A stretch of DNA of 64,000 bases from the NCBI GenBank assembly GCA_964610335.1, contig CAZSVP010000002.1, positions 78,376-142,375 on the forward strand, written 5' to 3'. Source of the DNA: an uncultured Candidatus Saccharibacteria bacterium. GTDB lineage: Bacteria > Patescibacteriota > Saccharimonadia > CAILAD01 > BJGX01. Below, in pieces: positions 1-9,576 of the stretch (positions are counted from its first letter, which is position 1; each line of letters starts with the position of its first letter). The notes beneath the pieces were generated by a model, which saw only the letters and a program-made list of their open reading frames with translations, was not told the origin of the DNA and ran no database searches. Both the position numbers and the translations under genes were made by a program.

Positions 1-144
1 AAAGCCTAGTTTTACTCCACCGCCAGTGCGTGAGTTTTGGCCCTTAGTACCACGACCGGCAGTTTTACCACCACCAGCAGATATACCACGCCCTACTCGC
101 TTCTTGGTAGCTCGCGATTGCTGAGTTAGTTCATGCATCTTCAT
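1..144 (-). CDS. rplO: 50S ribosomal protein L15 (N-terminal part; gene runs off window start)
   Basis: Reverse translation from 144 gives [48 protein letters not shown], a typical L15 N-terminus; its ATG overlaps the rpsE stop (ATGA). Confidence 0.8.
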   Translation of the reverse strand, partial: MKMHELTQQSRATKKRVGRGISAGGGKTAGRGTKGQNSRTGGGVKLGF

Positions 145-629
145 TTGGCAGTCTCCTTGGTAGCTTTTGCTGGCTCATCTGACTGCAAACTTTGCAAAGC
201 GGCAATAGTAGCATAGGCATTGTTGATCTTATTGGAAGAGCCTAGTGATTTGGCTAGAAGATCTTTGATACCTGCAGCTTCTATTACAGCACGTACTGCT
301 CCACCAGCAATCACACCTGTACCTTCACTAGCTGGTTTAAGCATTACCTTGGCACCGCCAAAGCTTACTTGCACATCGTGTGCGATTGTAGTGCCTTTGA
401 GTTGCACAGTAATCATAGACTTTTTGGCGCGAGCTACGGCCTTAACAATTGACCCAGGAGCATCGGTGCCTTTGCCAACACCAACTCCTACGCGCCCTTT
501 ACCATCTCCTACAACAGCTGTTGCGCGAAAACGGAAGCGGCGACCACCAGCTACTACTCGAGCAACTCGGTCTAGAGCGAGGATTTTCTCTTCAAATTCT
601 TTTGGTTCTTGTGATTGTTGGTAATTCAT
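141..629 (-). CDS. rpsE: 30S ribosomal protein S5
   Basis: 162-aa ORF with S5 dsRBD and C-terminal motifs ([13 protein letters not shown]...GVGVGKG); position between L18 and L15. Confidence 0.93.
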   Translation of the reverse strand: MNYQQSQEPKEFEEKILALDRVARVVAGGRRFRFRATAVVGDGKGRVGVGVGKGTDAPGSIVKAVARAKKSMITVQLKGTTIAHDVQVSFGGAKVMLKPASEGTGVIAGGAVRAVIEAAGIKDLLAKSLGSSNKINNAYATIAALQSLQSDEPAKATKETAK

Positions 630-642
630 AACACTTCCTTTA

Positions 643-999
643 CTAAAACTTCAGTCCGGCTTTTCGTGCAGCTTCACCCAAAGCCTTAACTCGGCCATGA
701 TAACGGTGCAGCCCTCGATCAAACACTACTGTCGTGATTTTTTCTTTCGCGGCTTTTTCGGCAATTGTAGTACCTACCCAGGCGGCCTTCTCAGTCAATG
801 TCTTGCCGGCTTTATCACCTGCCTGGCTGCTCGATGACATAGCCAATGTTTTGCCGGCCTGATCATCGATCAGTTGGGCTACTACTGCAGTATGAGAAAT
901 ATATACGTGCAAGCGTGGCCGTTGTGAGGTTCCACTAAGTTTGGCACGGATGCGAGTGCGGATTTGTTGACGTTGATGGTTTTTAACTGCTTGATTCAT
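643..999 (-). CDS. rplR: 50S ribosomal protein L18
   Basis: 118-aa ORF with L18-like sequence; S8-L6-L18-S5 order. Confidence 0.9.
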   Translation of the reverse strand: MNQAVKNHQRQQIRTRIRAKLSGTSQRPRLHVYISHTAVVAQLIDDQAGKTLAMSSSSQAGDKAGKTLTEKAAWVGTTIAEKAAKEKITTVVFDRGLHRYHGRVKALGEAARKAGLKF

Positions 1000-1010
1000 A
1001 GTATTGCTCC

Positions 1011-1556
1011 TTACTCGGCCGCCTTAGCAGCAGTCTTACCGGCCTTACGACGTACGACTTCGTCGATATAGCGTATACCCTTACCCTTATATGGTTCTGG
1101 TTTACGAAACTCACGGATATTGGCTGCGACTTCACCTACCAACTGCTTATCTGCCCCGCTGATAGTAATAATGTTCTGTTCTGCTTTTAGCTCAATTCCT
1201 TCTGGGGGTGTGAAGTTGATGGGGTGAGAGTAGCCGAGGCTGAGCTCCAAATCCTTGCCCTTCAAAGCGACACGATAGCCCACACCTTGGATTTCTAGCT
1301 GTTTGCTAAATCCTTCACTGACACCTTGTACTAGGTTGTACACCAATGTACGCATCAGGCCAAACTGTTGCTGCGCCAAACGAGTTTCAGCTTTTTTGAT
1401 TACTGTCGCTTGGTTGTCGGCAATTTGCAGCTCAAACCCAGGCAACAATCGTTCTGTCAGTTCTCCCTTGGGACCTTTGGCAGTTATTGTAGTTGCCTCT
1501 TGGGTTAACTCAACTTGCGCCGGGATAGTAATTGGTAATTTTCCAATACGACTCAT
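1011..1556 (-). CDS. rplF: 50S ribosomal protein L6
   Basis: 181-aa ORF with two L6 repeats (MSRIGKLPI...); operon order. Confidence 0.92.
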   Translation of the reverse strand: MSRIGKLPITIPAQVELTQEATTITAKGPKGELTERLLPGFELQIADNQATVIKKAETRLAQQQFGLMRTLVYNLVQGVSEGFSKQLEIQGVGYRVALKGKDLELSLGYSHPINFTPPEGIELKAEQNIITISGADKQLVGEVAANIREFRKPEPYKGKGIRYIDEVVRRKAGKTAAKAAE

Positions 1557-1563
1557 AATCTAC

Positions 1564-1959
1564 CTACCAGACCTTACAAATTAATTCACCACCCAAGCGC
1601 TTCTGACGAGCATCACTACCTGTCATAAGACCGGCTGAAGTAGACACTATCACCATACCTCGGCCATTGAGCACTTGAGGAATGTCGCCTACCTTAGCGT
1701 ACATGCGTCGACCTGGTTTACTGACACGCATTAGCTTGGTGATAGCTCGTTTACGATTAGGGCCTTCGAGTTGTAGCAAAAGCTGAGGCACTGGACCATC
1801 GGTTTGTAGCTCGTAGCTATCGATATATCCTTGAGCCTTCAAAATATCAGCAATTGATTGCTTAAGTTTGGACTGCGGTAGCTGAACCGTACTTCGTCGG
1901 CTCATCTGCGCATTTCGAATGCGTGTTAACATGTCTGCAATTGGATCGGTTGTTATCAT
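1564..1959 (-). CDS. rpsH: 30S ribosomal protein S8
   Basis: 131-aa ORF with S8-like N-terminus DPIADMLTRIRNA. Confidence 0.92.
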   Translation of the reverse strand: MITTDPIADMLTRIRNAQMSRRSTVQLPQSKLKQSIADILKAQGYIDSYELQTDGPVPQLLLQLEGPNRKRAITKLMRVSKPGRRMYAKVGDIPQVLNGRGMVIVSTSAGLMTGSDARQKRLGGELICKVW

Positions 1960-1970
1960 AATCTTTTTTC

Positions 1971-2240
1971 CTACCAGCTCGATTTGGTTATTCCAGGGAT
2001 CTTGCCATTACTAGCTTGCTCACGAAAGGTAATGCGGCTCAGGCCAAAACTACGCAGATAACCCTTGGACCGTCCAGTGATAGCACAACGATTGTGCTGA
2101 CGAACTGGGTTGGCATTGCGTGGCAACTGTGCCAAGCCTTCCAGGTCTCCGGCTGCCTTGAGCTCAGCATGCAGCTTGGCATACTTATTCGCTAGCTTCT
2201 GTCGTTTTAGCTCTCGTTGAACTAGTGCTTTTCGTGCCAT
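1971..2240 (-). CDS. rpsN: 30S ribosomal protein S14 (long, non-zinc-ribbon form)
   Basis: 89 aa with S14-like sequence [16 protein letters not shown]...; lies between L5 and S8. Confidence 0.88.
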   Translation of the reverse strand: MARKALVQRELKRQKLANKYAKLHAELKAAGDLEGLAQLPRNANPVRQHNRCAITGRSKGYLRSFGLSRITFREQASNGKIPGITKSSW

Positions 2241-2241
2241 G

Positions 2242-2790
2242 TTAGTTGGCCTCCTTTGCCAATGGTACGCCGAGTCCTAGCAGCAATGCCCGTGCTGCTG
2301 TAACATCGTTCGTACTGGTTACCAATGTTATCTGTAAGCCATGTACATGACCACTATCTTCGTAGCTTATTTCTGGAAATACTGAATGATCAGCTATACC
2401 AATACTATAGTTACCGCTCTTATCAAAGCTTCGGGGGTTAAGACCACGAAAATCTCGCAGACGTGGCAACACCACTGAGTTGAGCTGATCCAAAAACGCA
2501 TACATGCGCTCGCCGCGCAATGTTACCATGACACCAATTGGCATTTTCTCGCGCAACTTGAAAGTAGCAATGCTCTTCTTAGACTGGGTTACTACTGGCT
2601 TCTGGCCAGTTATGTTGGTGATAGTTGCAACTACTGGATCGATGTTCTTGCTATCCATAACTGCTCGCCCCACACCAGCATTTACCACAATCTTTTCAAG
2701 ACGAGGTAGCTGCAAGATATTGGTGACTCCAAGCTCCTTGCTTAAGTCTGGACGAATTGTATCTATATACTTTTGTTGCAAACGATTCAT
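2242..2790 (-). CDS. rplE: 50S ribosomal protein L5
   Basis: 182-aa ORF with L5-like sequence; operon order. Confidence 0.92.
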   Translation of the reverse strand: MNRLQQKYIDTIRPDLSKELGVTNILQLPRLEKIVVNAGVGRAVMDSKNIDPVVATITNITGQKPVVTQSKKSIATFKLREKMPIGVMVTLRGERMYAFLDQLNSVVLPRLRDFRGLNPRSFDKSGNYSIGIADHSVFPEISYEDSGHVHGLQITLVTSTNDVTAARALLLGLGVPLAKEAN

Positions 2791-3149
2791 GATTTGGCTT
2801 CCTTAGTTTTCTTGGTCGATTTGGCAGTAGCCTTAGTCTTAGGGTTAGTAAAACTACTTACTCGGAAAATGCGTTCTTTTTTGCCTGAGCTATTGATCTT
2901 GTATCCGACTCGAGCAGGCTTACCAGTCTTAGGGTCAAGTACCATAACCTTACTAGCATCAATTGGTCGGACTTGCTCAATAATGCCGCCCTTAGGGTCA
3001 GCTGCAGATGGTTTGGTGTGGCGCTTAACAATATTTACGCCTTCTACCACAATCTGGTCTTTCTTAGGCAAAACTGCTAGCACAGTGCCTTTGGTTCCCT
3101 TATTGCGGCCAGCTATTACCATCACCTTATCTTCACGTAGGATCTTCAT
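2787..3149 (-). CDS. rplX: 50S ribosomal protein L24
   Basis: 120 aa with KOW motif; 4-nt overlap with rplE. Confidence 0.9.
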   Translation of the reverse strand: MKILREDKVMVIAGRNKGTKGTVLAVLPKKDQIVVEGVNIVKRHTKPSAADPKGGIIEQVRPIDASKVMVLDPKTGKPARVGYKINSSGKKERIFRVSSFTNPKTKATAKSTKKTKEAKS

Positions 3150-3150
3150 C

Positions 3151-3519
3151 TTATAGTACCTCCGGCGCTAGTGACACAATCTTAGAGAATCCACGCTCAC
3201 GCAGTTCACGTGCAATTGGTCCAAATATGCGAGTACCACGTGGTAAATCGGCCTTGTCGACTATAACTGCAGCGTTCTCGTCAAAGCTGATGGCTGAGCC
3301 ATCACCACGTCGGCTAATAGCCACGCTACGCACTATGACTGCTCGCACAACTTCCTTCTTCTTGACAGTACCATTGGGGCTAGCGACTCGTACACTAGCT
3401 GTAATAATGTCACCGACTCGAGCATAGCGACGCTTACTACCACCTAGCACTTTGATGCAAAGCAGCTGTTTGGCGCCGGTGTTATCGGCAACTTTCAGCA
3501 ATGTTTGCGACTGTATCAT
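3151..3519 (-). CDS. rplN: 50S ribosomal protein L14
   Basis: 122 aa beginning [17 protein letters not shown], the canonical L14 start. Confidence 0.94.
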   Translation of the reverse strand: MIQSQTLLKVADNTGAKQLLCIKVLGGSKRRYARVGDIITASVRVASPNGTVKKKEVVRAVIVRSVAISRRGDGSAISFDENAAVIVDKADLPRGTRIFGPIARELRERGFSKIVSLAPEVL

Positions 3520-3767
3520 TTGACCACCTCATCAGAAGTAATAACTCGGCTAACAGCAAACTTCTTGGTCTTGCTGATAGGGCGAGTTTCGACAATTTCG
3601 ACCTTGTCGCCTGTCTTACAAGCAACTTCACTGCAGTCAGCGGCAAAGCGTTTGGTTACACTATAACGCTTGTTGTAGAGCGGATGTCGTTTGTCACGAG
3701 CCACAGCCACGATTACTGTCTTATCCATTTTGTCGGAAACAACTGTTCCGGTTAGCATACGATTCAT
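3516..3767 (-). CDS. rpsQ: 30S ribosomal protein S17
   Basis: 83 aa with S17-like sequence; overlaps rplN start. Confidence 0.9.
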   Translation of the reverse strand: MNRMLTGTVVSDKMDKTVIVAVARDKRHPLYNKRYSVTKRFAADCSEVACKTGDKVEIVETRPISKTKKFAVSRVITSDEVVK

Positions 3768-3982
3768 GAGTTTTCTCCTTGTGCTTTTTGTTTCTGCACA
3801 GTCAAAATTCTAGCAATGTCGCGCTTGAGTCCACGAATGGCTCGCACGTTCTTAACCTCTTTGCTGTGCAATTGCACGACACTATCGGCCAATTCAGCTC
3901 GCTTTTCTTCGAGTAGTTTTACCATAGCACTATCAGTCTGGTTACGTAGTTCACTCGCTTTCATGGCTATCTCCTTGGGCAT
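3764..3982 (-). CDS. rpmC: 50S ribosomal protein L29 (true start may be the internal ATG near 3964)
   Basis: 72-aa ORF with an L29-like helical sequence; the ORF overlaps the rplP 3' end. Confidence 0.85.
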   Translation of the reverse strand: MPKEIAMKASELRNQTDSAMVKLLEEKRAELADSVVQLHSKEVKNVRAIRGLKRDIARILTVQKQKAQGENS

Positions 3983-4385
3983 TCTTGCTTAGAAACTTAG
4001 TTTTAACCGACAACTTGTGGGCGGCCAAACGCATAGCTTCTTTGGCGATATCTTCACTTACTCCATCCATCTCAAATAGGATTGTGCCTGGCTTGACCTT
4101 GGCTGCATAGTGGTCGACAGCACCCTTACCAGATCCCATAGGAACTTCGGCCGGCTTACGTGTTACTGGGGTGTGAGGAAAAATTCGAATCCATATCTTA
4201 CCACCGCGTTGAATATAGCGGGTCATGGCACGGCGAGCAGCCTCGATTTGTCGTGAGCTTATATGGCCAATCTCCATACTCTTAAGACCGTAGCTACCAA
4301 AATCTATATTGACACCATTGGCGGCGATCCCATTGACACGACCTTTGAAGGCCTTACGATATTTGGTTTTACGTGGCATCAACAT
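3951..4385 (-). CDS. rplP: 50S ribosomal protein L16
   Basis: 144 aa beginning [11 protein letters not shown], the L16 hallmark. Confidence 0.93.
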   Translation of the reverse strand: MLMPRKTKYRKAFKGRVNGIAANGVNIDFGSYGLKSMEIGHISSRQIEAARRAMTRYIQRGGKIWIRIFPHTPVTRKPAEVPMGSGKGAVDHYAAKVKPGTILFEMDGVSEDIAKEAMRLAAHKLSVKTKFLSKNAQGDSHESE

Positions 4386-4386
4386 A

Positions 4387-5013
4387 TTATTTCTCCGATC
4401 CCTTGTAAATCCACACTTTTACACCAATGATACCGAAGGTGGTTTTGGCCTGGACACTAGCGTAGTCAATGTTGGCCTTGATGGTGTGAAGTGGAATACT
4501 ACCTTGCATGTTGGTCTCACGACGAGCCATTTCAGCGCCATTAAGGCGGCCAGAAACACTTACCTTTGCACCTAGAGCACCTGATTTGATAGCATTTTCA
4601 ACAGCGTTCTTAATAACACGGCGAAATGCCATACGTCGCTCAAGCTGTGAGGCTACATTCTCGGCTACCAGCTGAGCTACTAGCTCTGGCGATCGAACTT
4701 CCTCGATATTGATGGTAACTTTCTGAGCAGTCAGGTGGCCTAGCTTTTGTTTAAGCGCGTCAATACCCGAACCACTGCGACCGATCACAACACCTGGTTT
4801 GGCAGTGTGGATGATTACTACTATCTCACCACGTGGTCGTTCAATCTCAACTCTTGAGATACCACCACGGAAACCAAGCAAGTCAGTAACTGCTTTGCGG
4901 ATCTTAATATCTTCAATCGTGTAGCGCGCAAAATCACGGGGTGCGATCCAGCGAGACTGCCAGTTACGCTGAGTGCTCAAGCGCAAACTAATTGGATTTA
5001 CTTTTTGTCCCAT
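4387..5013 (-). CDS. rpsC: 30S ribosomal protein S3
   Basis: 208 aa with KH domain and S3 C-terminal motifs. Confidence 0.93.
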   Translation of the reverse strand: MGQKVNPISLRLSTQRNWQSRWIAPRDFARYTIEDIKIRKAVTDLLGFRGGISRVEIERPRGEIVVIIHTAKPGVVIGRSGSGIDALKQKLGHLTAQKVTINIEEVRSPELVAQLVAENVASQLERRMAFRRVIKNAVENAIKSGALGAKVSVSGRLNGAEMARRETNMQGSIPLHTIKANIDYASVQAKTTFGIIGVKVWIYKGSEK

Positions 5014-5363
5014 TAGCGTACCCCTTCCTTAGTTTGATCATTTAATACCACTGTCAAATGTGCCATTGGGTGGATTACTTGTGAAGCACGGCCACGAGCA
5101 CGTGGACGGAATCGCTTGTAATGTGTACCTTGGTCAACACGAATCTCATCGATTGTTAGGCTAGCGCGAGTAAGATTGTAGTTGTGCTCGGCACTCGCCA
5201 TGGCAGAGTGGACAGTATCATAAACCATACGCGCACCTTTGTGCGGCATAACTACCAATTCCTCGAGCGCGCGGTTGGCTTGCTTACCACGCACCACATC
5301 GGCTACTAGACGTAGTTTCTGGGCAGAAATTTTGAGCTCTCGGCTCACGGCTTGAACTTTCAT
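5013..5363 (-). CDS. rplV: 50S ribosomal protein L22
   Basis: 116 aa with L22-like sequence; operon order. Confidence 0.9.
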   Translation of the reverse strand: MKVQAVSRELKISAQKLRLVADVVRGKQANRALEELVVMPHKGARMVYDTVHSAMASAEHNYNLTRASLTIDEIRVDQGTHYKRFRPRARGRASQVIHPMAHLTVVLNDQTKEGVR

Positions 5364-5366
5364 GGG

Positions 5367-5648
5367 TTACTCCGATGACTCCGCTTTAGCTAACTTACCA
5401 CCATGGCCACGGAACTTACGAGTTGGAGAAAACTCACCCAACTTGTGACCTACCATATTTTCAGATATAAATACTGGAACATGAACTTTGCCATTGTGTA
5501 CAGCAATAGTACGGCCAACCATTTCAGGGCTAATGGTACTAGCACGTGCCCAGGTCTTGATAATAGTCTTGTCGGTTGGCTGCAAGGCCAAAACCTTCTT
5601 TAGCAACTTGGCATCTACATATGGGCCTTTTCGAGTGGAACGACTCAT
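5367..5648 (-). CDS. rpsS: 30S ribosomal protein S19
   Basis: 93 aa containing [11 protein letters not shown], typical of S19. Confidence 0.93.
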   Translation of the reverse strand: MSRSTRKGPYVDAKLLKKVLALQPTDKTIIKTWARASTISPEMVGRTIAVHNGKVHVPVFISENMVGHKLGEFSPTRKFRGHGGKLAKAESSE

Positions 5649-6475
5649 CGTTTACCTCGCTTTCTGCCACGCACTATCATGGCATTGCTATATTTACGTC
5701 GGCGGGTCTTGCGGCCTAAGGCTGGTAATCCCCATGGTGTTTTAGGATTCTTCAATCCAATCGAAGTACCACCTTCACCACCGCCATGTGGATGATCCAC
5801 TGGATTCATAGCCTTACCACGAACGGTTGGGCGAATACCCATGCGTCGTTTACGTCCTGCAGATCCGATCTTGATGTTACCATGGTCTGAATTACCAACT
5901 TGACCGATGGTGGCCATACAGTTTTCGTTAACCAAGCGTACTTCAGATGATGGCAACTTGACCTGAACAAACTTACCTTCCTTGGCAACTACCTGAGCAC
6001 GTGCTCCAGCAGTACGAGCCATCTGAGCACCTCGGCCTGGTTGCAACTCAACATTGGATATTACACTACCTGCGGGGATGGCATGTAGTGGCATACGATT
6101 GCCACTTTTTACTTCTACATCACTACCAGATGCGATAGTACGGCCAACTTTCATGCCTTGAGTGGCTATAACATAGCCCTTCTCACCTGTTTCGGATTGC
6201 AACAGAGCAAGGTAGGCACTGCGGTTTGGATCATACTCTATAGCTTTGACTTCGGCTTTCTCAAAGCTACCTAGGCTATCAACCATGCGAATTGCTCGGC
6301 GAGCACCACCGCCACGATGACGAATAGTGATGCGACCCTGATTATTGCGACCAGATTGTTGTTTTTTGGCAACTAACAAACTCTTCTCTGGCTTTTTCTT
6401 TGTAAGCACAGAGAAGTCAGCCATACTCATGTTACGAGCGGCTGCAGTATTTTGCTTAATAAGTCGCACAGCCAT
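5645..6475 (-). CDS. rplB: 50S ribosomal protein L2
   Basis: 276 aa with L2 motifs (RNMSMADF...GGGEG). Confidence 0.94.
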   Translation of the reverse strand: MAVRLIKQNTAAARNMSMADFSVLTKKKPEKSLLVAKKQQSGRNNQGRITIRHRGGGARRAIRMVDSLGSFEKAEVKAIEYDPNRSAYLALLQSETGEKGYVIATQGMKVGRTIASGSDVEVKSGNRMPLHAIPAGSVISNVELQPGRGAQMARTAGARAQVVAKEGKFVQVKLPSSEVRLVNENCMATIGQVGNSDHGNIKIGSAGRKRRMGIRPTVRGKAMNPVDHPHGGGEGGTSIGLKNPKTPWGLPALGRKTRRRKYSNAMIVRGRKRGKR

Positions 6476-6762
6476 TATTTCTGCTCCTCAATAGTAAAGG
6501 CATCGATTTTTTGGCCTTTTTTTAGGGTGACATAAGCTCGTTTTTGGTCTACTCGTTTACCGATACGACCGTTGAACCGCTTAGTTTTGCCGCCCAGATT
6601 GCTAACTCGAACACCGATTGGCTCTACCTTGAACTGAGCCGATATAGCGGCAACGATGGCAGGCTTATTGGCACTGGTTGGCACACCAAACATGTAGGTG
6701 CCAGTTGCTGCCAAGCGCATGCTCTTCTCAGATATAATTGGTTTGACTATTAATGATTGCAT
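6475..6762 (-). CDS. rplW: 50S ribosomal protein L23 (start taken at the internal Met; ORF is open to 6795)
   Basis: L23-like core MQSLIVKPIISEKS...; a start near 6762 avoids a long overlap with rplD. Confidence 0.85.
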   Translation of the reverse strand: MQSLIVKPIISEKSMRLAATGTYMFGVPTSANKPAIVAAISAQFKVEPIGVRVSNLGGKTKRFNGRIGKRVDQKRAYVTLKKGQKIDAFTIEEQK

Positions 6763-6763
6763 T

Positions 6764-7384
6764 TTAGGCTCCCAACCTTTTTGTAAGCAGCTCAACTGCT
6801 GGCTTCTCGATTAGAATCACGTCGGAATTCATAACATCGTAAACATTGAGTTTGGCAGCTGTAACCACCATTACACCACTAAGATTGCGCAAAGCACGTT
6901 GAGTAGGTGCCTTGGTCTCAGCCAACACTACCAATACATTGCCTTCGACACCAATCTTGTTGAGCAGTTCATCGGCTGATTTAGTCTTACCATCAGCAAT
7001 CATGATAGCTTCAACCACTACGACTTGCTCGGCTTGAGTACTTAGTGCACTCTTGAGAGCAGTATGTGCCATTTTGGTTGGCATGTCCTTGCTATAGTTC
7101 TGAGCACCAGTTGGGCCATGTGCTACACCACCGTGTCGCCAGATTGGCACGCGGCTCGAACCAAATCGTGCTCGTCCTGTTCCTTTTTGACGCCATGGTT
7201 TTTTACCACCACCTGATACTTCGGCTCGAGTAAGTACGCTGGCATGGGCTTGGCGTTGGTTGCCTAGATACATAGTATAAGCCTGACCGATCAGATCAGC
7301 GTTGGTGTCTACACCAAATATCTGCTTATCAAGAGTTACCTCAGCAGCCTTAGTGCCAGTCTTAGTGTAAGCTGCTACTTTCAT
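6764..7384 (-). CDS. rplD: 50S ribosomal protein L4
   Basis: 206-aa ORF with L4-like sequence; operon order. Confidence 0.9.
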   Translation of the reverse strand: MKVAAYTKTGTKAAEVTLDKQIFGVDTNADLIGQAYTMYLGNQRQAHASVLTRAEVSGGGKKPWRQKGTGRARFGSSRVPIWRHGGVAHGPTGAQNYSKDMPTKMAHTALKSALSTQAEQVVVVEAIMIADGKTKSADELLNKIGVEGNVLVVLAETKAPTQRALRNLSGVMVVTAAKLNVYDVMNSDVILIEKPAVELLTKRLGA

Positions 7385-8031
7385 GACTGTGCTCCTCGTA
7401 CTAGTACAACAGTGCCCTTGGCACCTGGTACTGAACCTGCGATTGCTAGCAAGTGACTGCCAGCATCTACCTTCAATACTTTTTGATTCTTGATGGTCAC
7501 TTGGGCATTACCCATACGACCGGCCATCTTCTGGCCACGAAATACGTGTTGTGGATAACCAGCACCAATTGATCCTGGAGCGCGATAGTTGTGACTACCA
7601 TGAGTCTTAGGGCCGCGATGGAAGTTATGTCGCTTGATTGTGCCCGCAAAGCCCTTTCCTTTGGAAACCGCAGTAACTTGGACTGCTTCTCCGGTTTCAA
7701 AAAGATCTGCTTGGAGCACATCACCGACTTTGATGGCTGCTTCTTGAGCAACTTCGGCGTCGGCTTGGTCAGCTGATTTGGCCTCCGGCAAACGGATCTC
7801 CGCTAAGTGAGCACTTTTGGCTTTGGCAGCCTTAAGGTGACCTAGAATGCTCTTACCTGGATGTTTGGCTTCGCCAAAGCCGAGTTGAACTGCATTGTAG
7901 CCATCAGTTTCGTCGGTCTTCAGCTGAGTAACCACACATGGGCCAGCTTCGAGTACAGTAACAGCACTGACTTTTCCGTCAGTGTCGATAAGCTGAGTCA
8001 TTCCGATTTTTTTGGCCAACAATGCTTTCAT
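7381..8031 (-). CDS. rplC: 50S ribosomal protein L3
   Basis: 216 aa with L3-like sequence; it is the first gene of the operon here, with no rpsJ upstream. Confidence 0.92.
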   Translation of the reverse strand: MKALLAKKIGMTQLIDTDGKVSAVTVLEAGPCVVTQLKTDETDGYNAVQLGFGEAKHPGKSILGHLKAAKAKSAHLAEIRLPEAKSADQADAEVAQEAAIKVGDVLQADLFETGEAVQVTAVSKGKGFAGTIKRHNFHRGPKTHGSHNYRAPGSIGAGYPQHVFRGQKMAGRMGNAQVTIKNQKVLKVDAGSHLLAIAGSVPGAKGTVVLVRGAQS

Positions 8032-8125
8032 GTATATCCCTATAAAACAATAATCCTGGCAAACCTAGTGCCGGTTTCCGGGTGAGTCGGACCTGGCGGT
8101 TTCCCAGTTGTCTGTATCGCAAACT

Positions 8126-8155
8126 AGTGTATCAGATTACCCGATCTGGTGTCAA
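8126..8155 (-). promoter_or_regulatory. Candidate sigma70 promoter of the rplC operon (TTGACA-18-TACACT) followed by a ~95-nt leader
   Basis: Minus-strand sequence cTTGACAccagatcgggtaatctgaTACACT lies about 95 nt upstream of the rplC ATG. Confidence 0.5.
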
Positions 8156-8166
8156 GTACATTTTTG

Positions 8167-8418
8167 CTAGAAGCTAAGACTTATACCTAAGCCGTACAGT
8201 CCTAGTAAGGCGCCCACTACCAACAAACCAAATTCTACCCTACGATCTATCCTCAACGACTCTACAAAGTGTACAATTACGAAACCGATTATTAGACCAA
8301 TTGGGATGAGCCTATGACCACCTGGAGCCAGCCATACCGAGCCCAATATCAGGTAAAATGCAGACTTCCAAATAAATGCAAAATCAGATTGAGTAAGAAA
8401 GCGTAAGAGTTTCTTCAT
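8167..8418 (-). CDS. Small integral membrane protein (2-3 TM helices), unknown function
   Basis: 83-aa hydrophobic ORF with its own upstream hairpin terminator. Confidence 0.5.
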   Translation of the reverse strand: MKKLLRFLTQSDFAFIWKSAFYLILGSVWLAPGGHRLIPIGLIIGFVIVHFVESLRIDRRVEFGLLVVGALLGLYGLGISLSF

Positions 8419-8444
8419 TGAACTTAGTTTAGCACTACGACTGC

Positions 8445-8480
8445 TAAACCAAAAGGCCAGGTTCGCTAAAGCGATTGCCT
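8445..8480. terminator. Bidirectional-type intrinsic terminator hairpin (AGGCCAGG...CCTGGCCT flanked by A/T runs)
   Basis: 8-bp GC stem with T-run on the plus strand and A-run on the other side; it follows the 8506..8874 gene on the minus strand. Confidence 0.55.
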
Positions 8481-8505
8481 GGCCTTTTTGGAAAAGTAGT
8501 GAATA

Positions 8506-8874
8506 CTACTTCATCAAGTGAATGCCACCGATCAATGGCAATGGTGCCATCTTGTGGTTGGTGACGTTGACAATACCTAGAATTGCCAAGACCAAGAATC
8601 CGATCCAGATAACCCAAGATATCAAGAATAGTGGCCAGAAGATAAAAGCCGCAATCCAGAACACGGCATACACTACTACTTCAGCCACAAACAGGGTAAG
8701 ACCTTGTTTGGCGTGATACTGTGCAAATTCAGAATCTTTGGCTGCTAGCAATGGGATCAAGCACAAGATTCCAAGGTAAGCCAATACCCCCATCAACATA
8801 TCGTTGTCATTACCGCCTTTGTGTGCTGGAGCTGGCGCTGCTGCTGGCTGGTTTTCTTTCTTTGGTTCTTCCAT
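8506..8874 (-). CDS. DUF4870-like small membrane protein (HAKQGL motif family)
   Basis: 122 aa with N-terminal Pro/Ala-rich region, then GVLAYLGILCLIPLLA...QYHAKQGLTLFV and TM helices; promoter TTGCAT-17-TACAAT and RBS AAGGAGA upstream. Confidence 0.6.
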   Translation of the reverse strand: MEEPKKENQPAAAPAPAHKGGNDNDMLMGVLAYLGILCLIPLLAAKDSEFAQYHAKQGLTLFVAEVVVYAVFWIAAFIFWPLFLISWVIWIGFLVLAILGIVNVTNHKMAPLPLIGGIHLMK

Positions 8875-9006
8875 GATTATCTCCTTTTTTTGATAAAGCT
8901 AATGTTGTTTTGCTTGAGATCAATTGTAGTATGGTTTGAGCTGTAATGCAAAACCAGTAAGTATCTTGCCAAAATAATTGCTGAGCCGGTTTCTGCCATA
9001 CACGGA

Positions 9007-9522
9007 CTACTCCGAGTACGGCAGAAACCTGTGCTCGACCGGTTCGCCTTCGCCACCGAACAAGAACTCGCCAACTAGTCTCTCATCGGCCAGAAGGCGC
9101 GGCATCCACAAGCGGTCAAATGGCCACATGTCATCGAGTGGCAGATCATCAATACGAAAGGTCTCGGGCCGCATCTCATCTGTCTCTTGTGGCACACCCG
9201 ACCAATTGTCGCAGAGAATCACTTGAGCTTGTTGATTCCAACCCTCAGTAATCGGGATATCACGAAAGTAGAAGTTGAGATAGGCCACCCGCCGCATGGT
9301 GTTGAGCCGGACCGTGGACTCTTCTTCTGTCTCACGATACGCACACTTCCAAACCGACTCACCTTCTTTCGTCTTGCCGCCAAACCCGTTCCATTTGCCG
9401 ACACCAAAGCCCTGCTTCTTCATACCGAGTACTACCTCGCCGCCGCGTCGCAGCAACACAATCGTTACCACTCGCAATGGGCGTGGAACTGTGGCTTTGA
9501 ACTGCTCAAGATTCATGCTCAC
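9007..9522 (-). CDS. NUDIX hydrolase, MutT/NUDT1 (8-oxo-dGTP pyrophosphatase)-like
   Basis: Nudix box GGKTKEGESVWKCAYRETEEES (Gx5Ex7REuxEExG); MTH1-like GFGVGKWNGFGG. Confidence 0.8.
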   Translation of the reverse strand: MSMNLEQFKATVPRPLRVVTIVLLRRGGEVVLGMKKQGFGVGKWNGFGGKTKEGESVWKCAYRETEEESTVRLNTMRRVAYLNFYFRDIPITEGWNQQAQVILCDNWSGVPQETDEMRPETFRIDDLPLDDMWPFDRLWMPRLLADERLVGEFLFGGEGEPVEHRFLPYSE

Positions 9523-9576
9523 CTCCTTTTAGTCGAGCTAGATTGAATTATGCGCTTCACCCCATACACAATCAAG

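Noticed and set aside
220-7776. Many plus-strand ORFs of 60-160 aa in the six-frame track overlapping the ribosomal protein genes (e.g. 220..624, 1303..1584, 2773..3156, 7591..7776)
   Set aside because: They are antisense to tightly packed, unambiguous ribosomal protein genes, have no RBS, and their compositions are mirror images of the coding strand. They are shadow ORFs, not real genes.
8032-8166. Apparent absence of rpsJ upstream of rplC (possible gene loss or pseudogene)
   Set aside because: A full-length S10 gene is present at 12221..12541, downstream of tuf. The gene was relocated or separated, not lost.
8877-9074. 65-aa minus-strand ORF between the Nudix and DUF4870 genes
   Set aside because: It overlaps the promoter/RBS region of the DUF4870 gene and the inverted repeat at the Nudix 3' end, has no RBS, and is more plausibly non-coding regulatory sequence.
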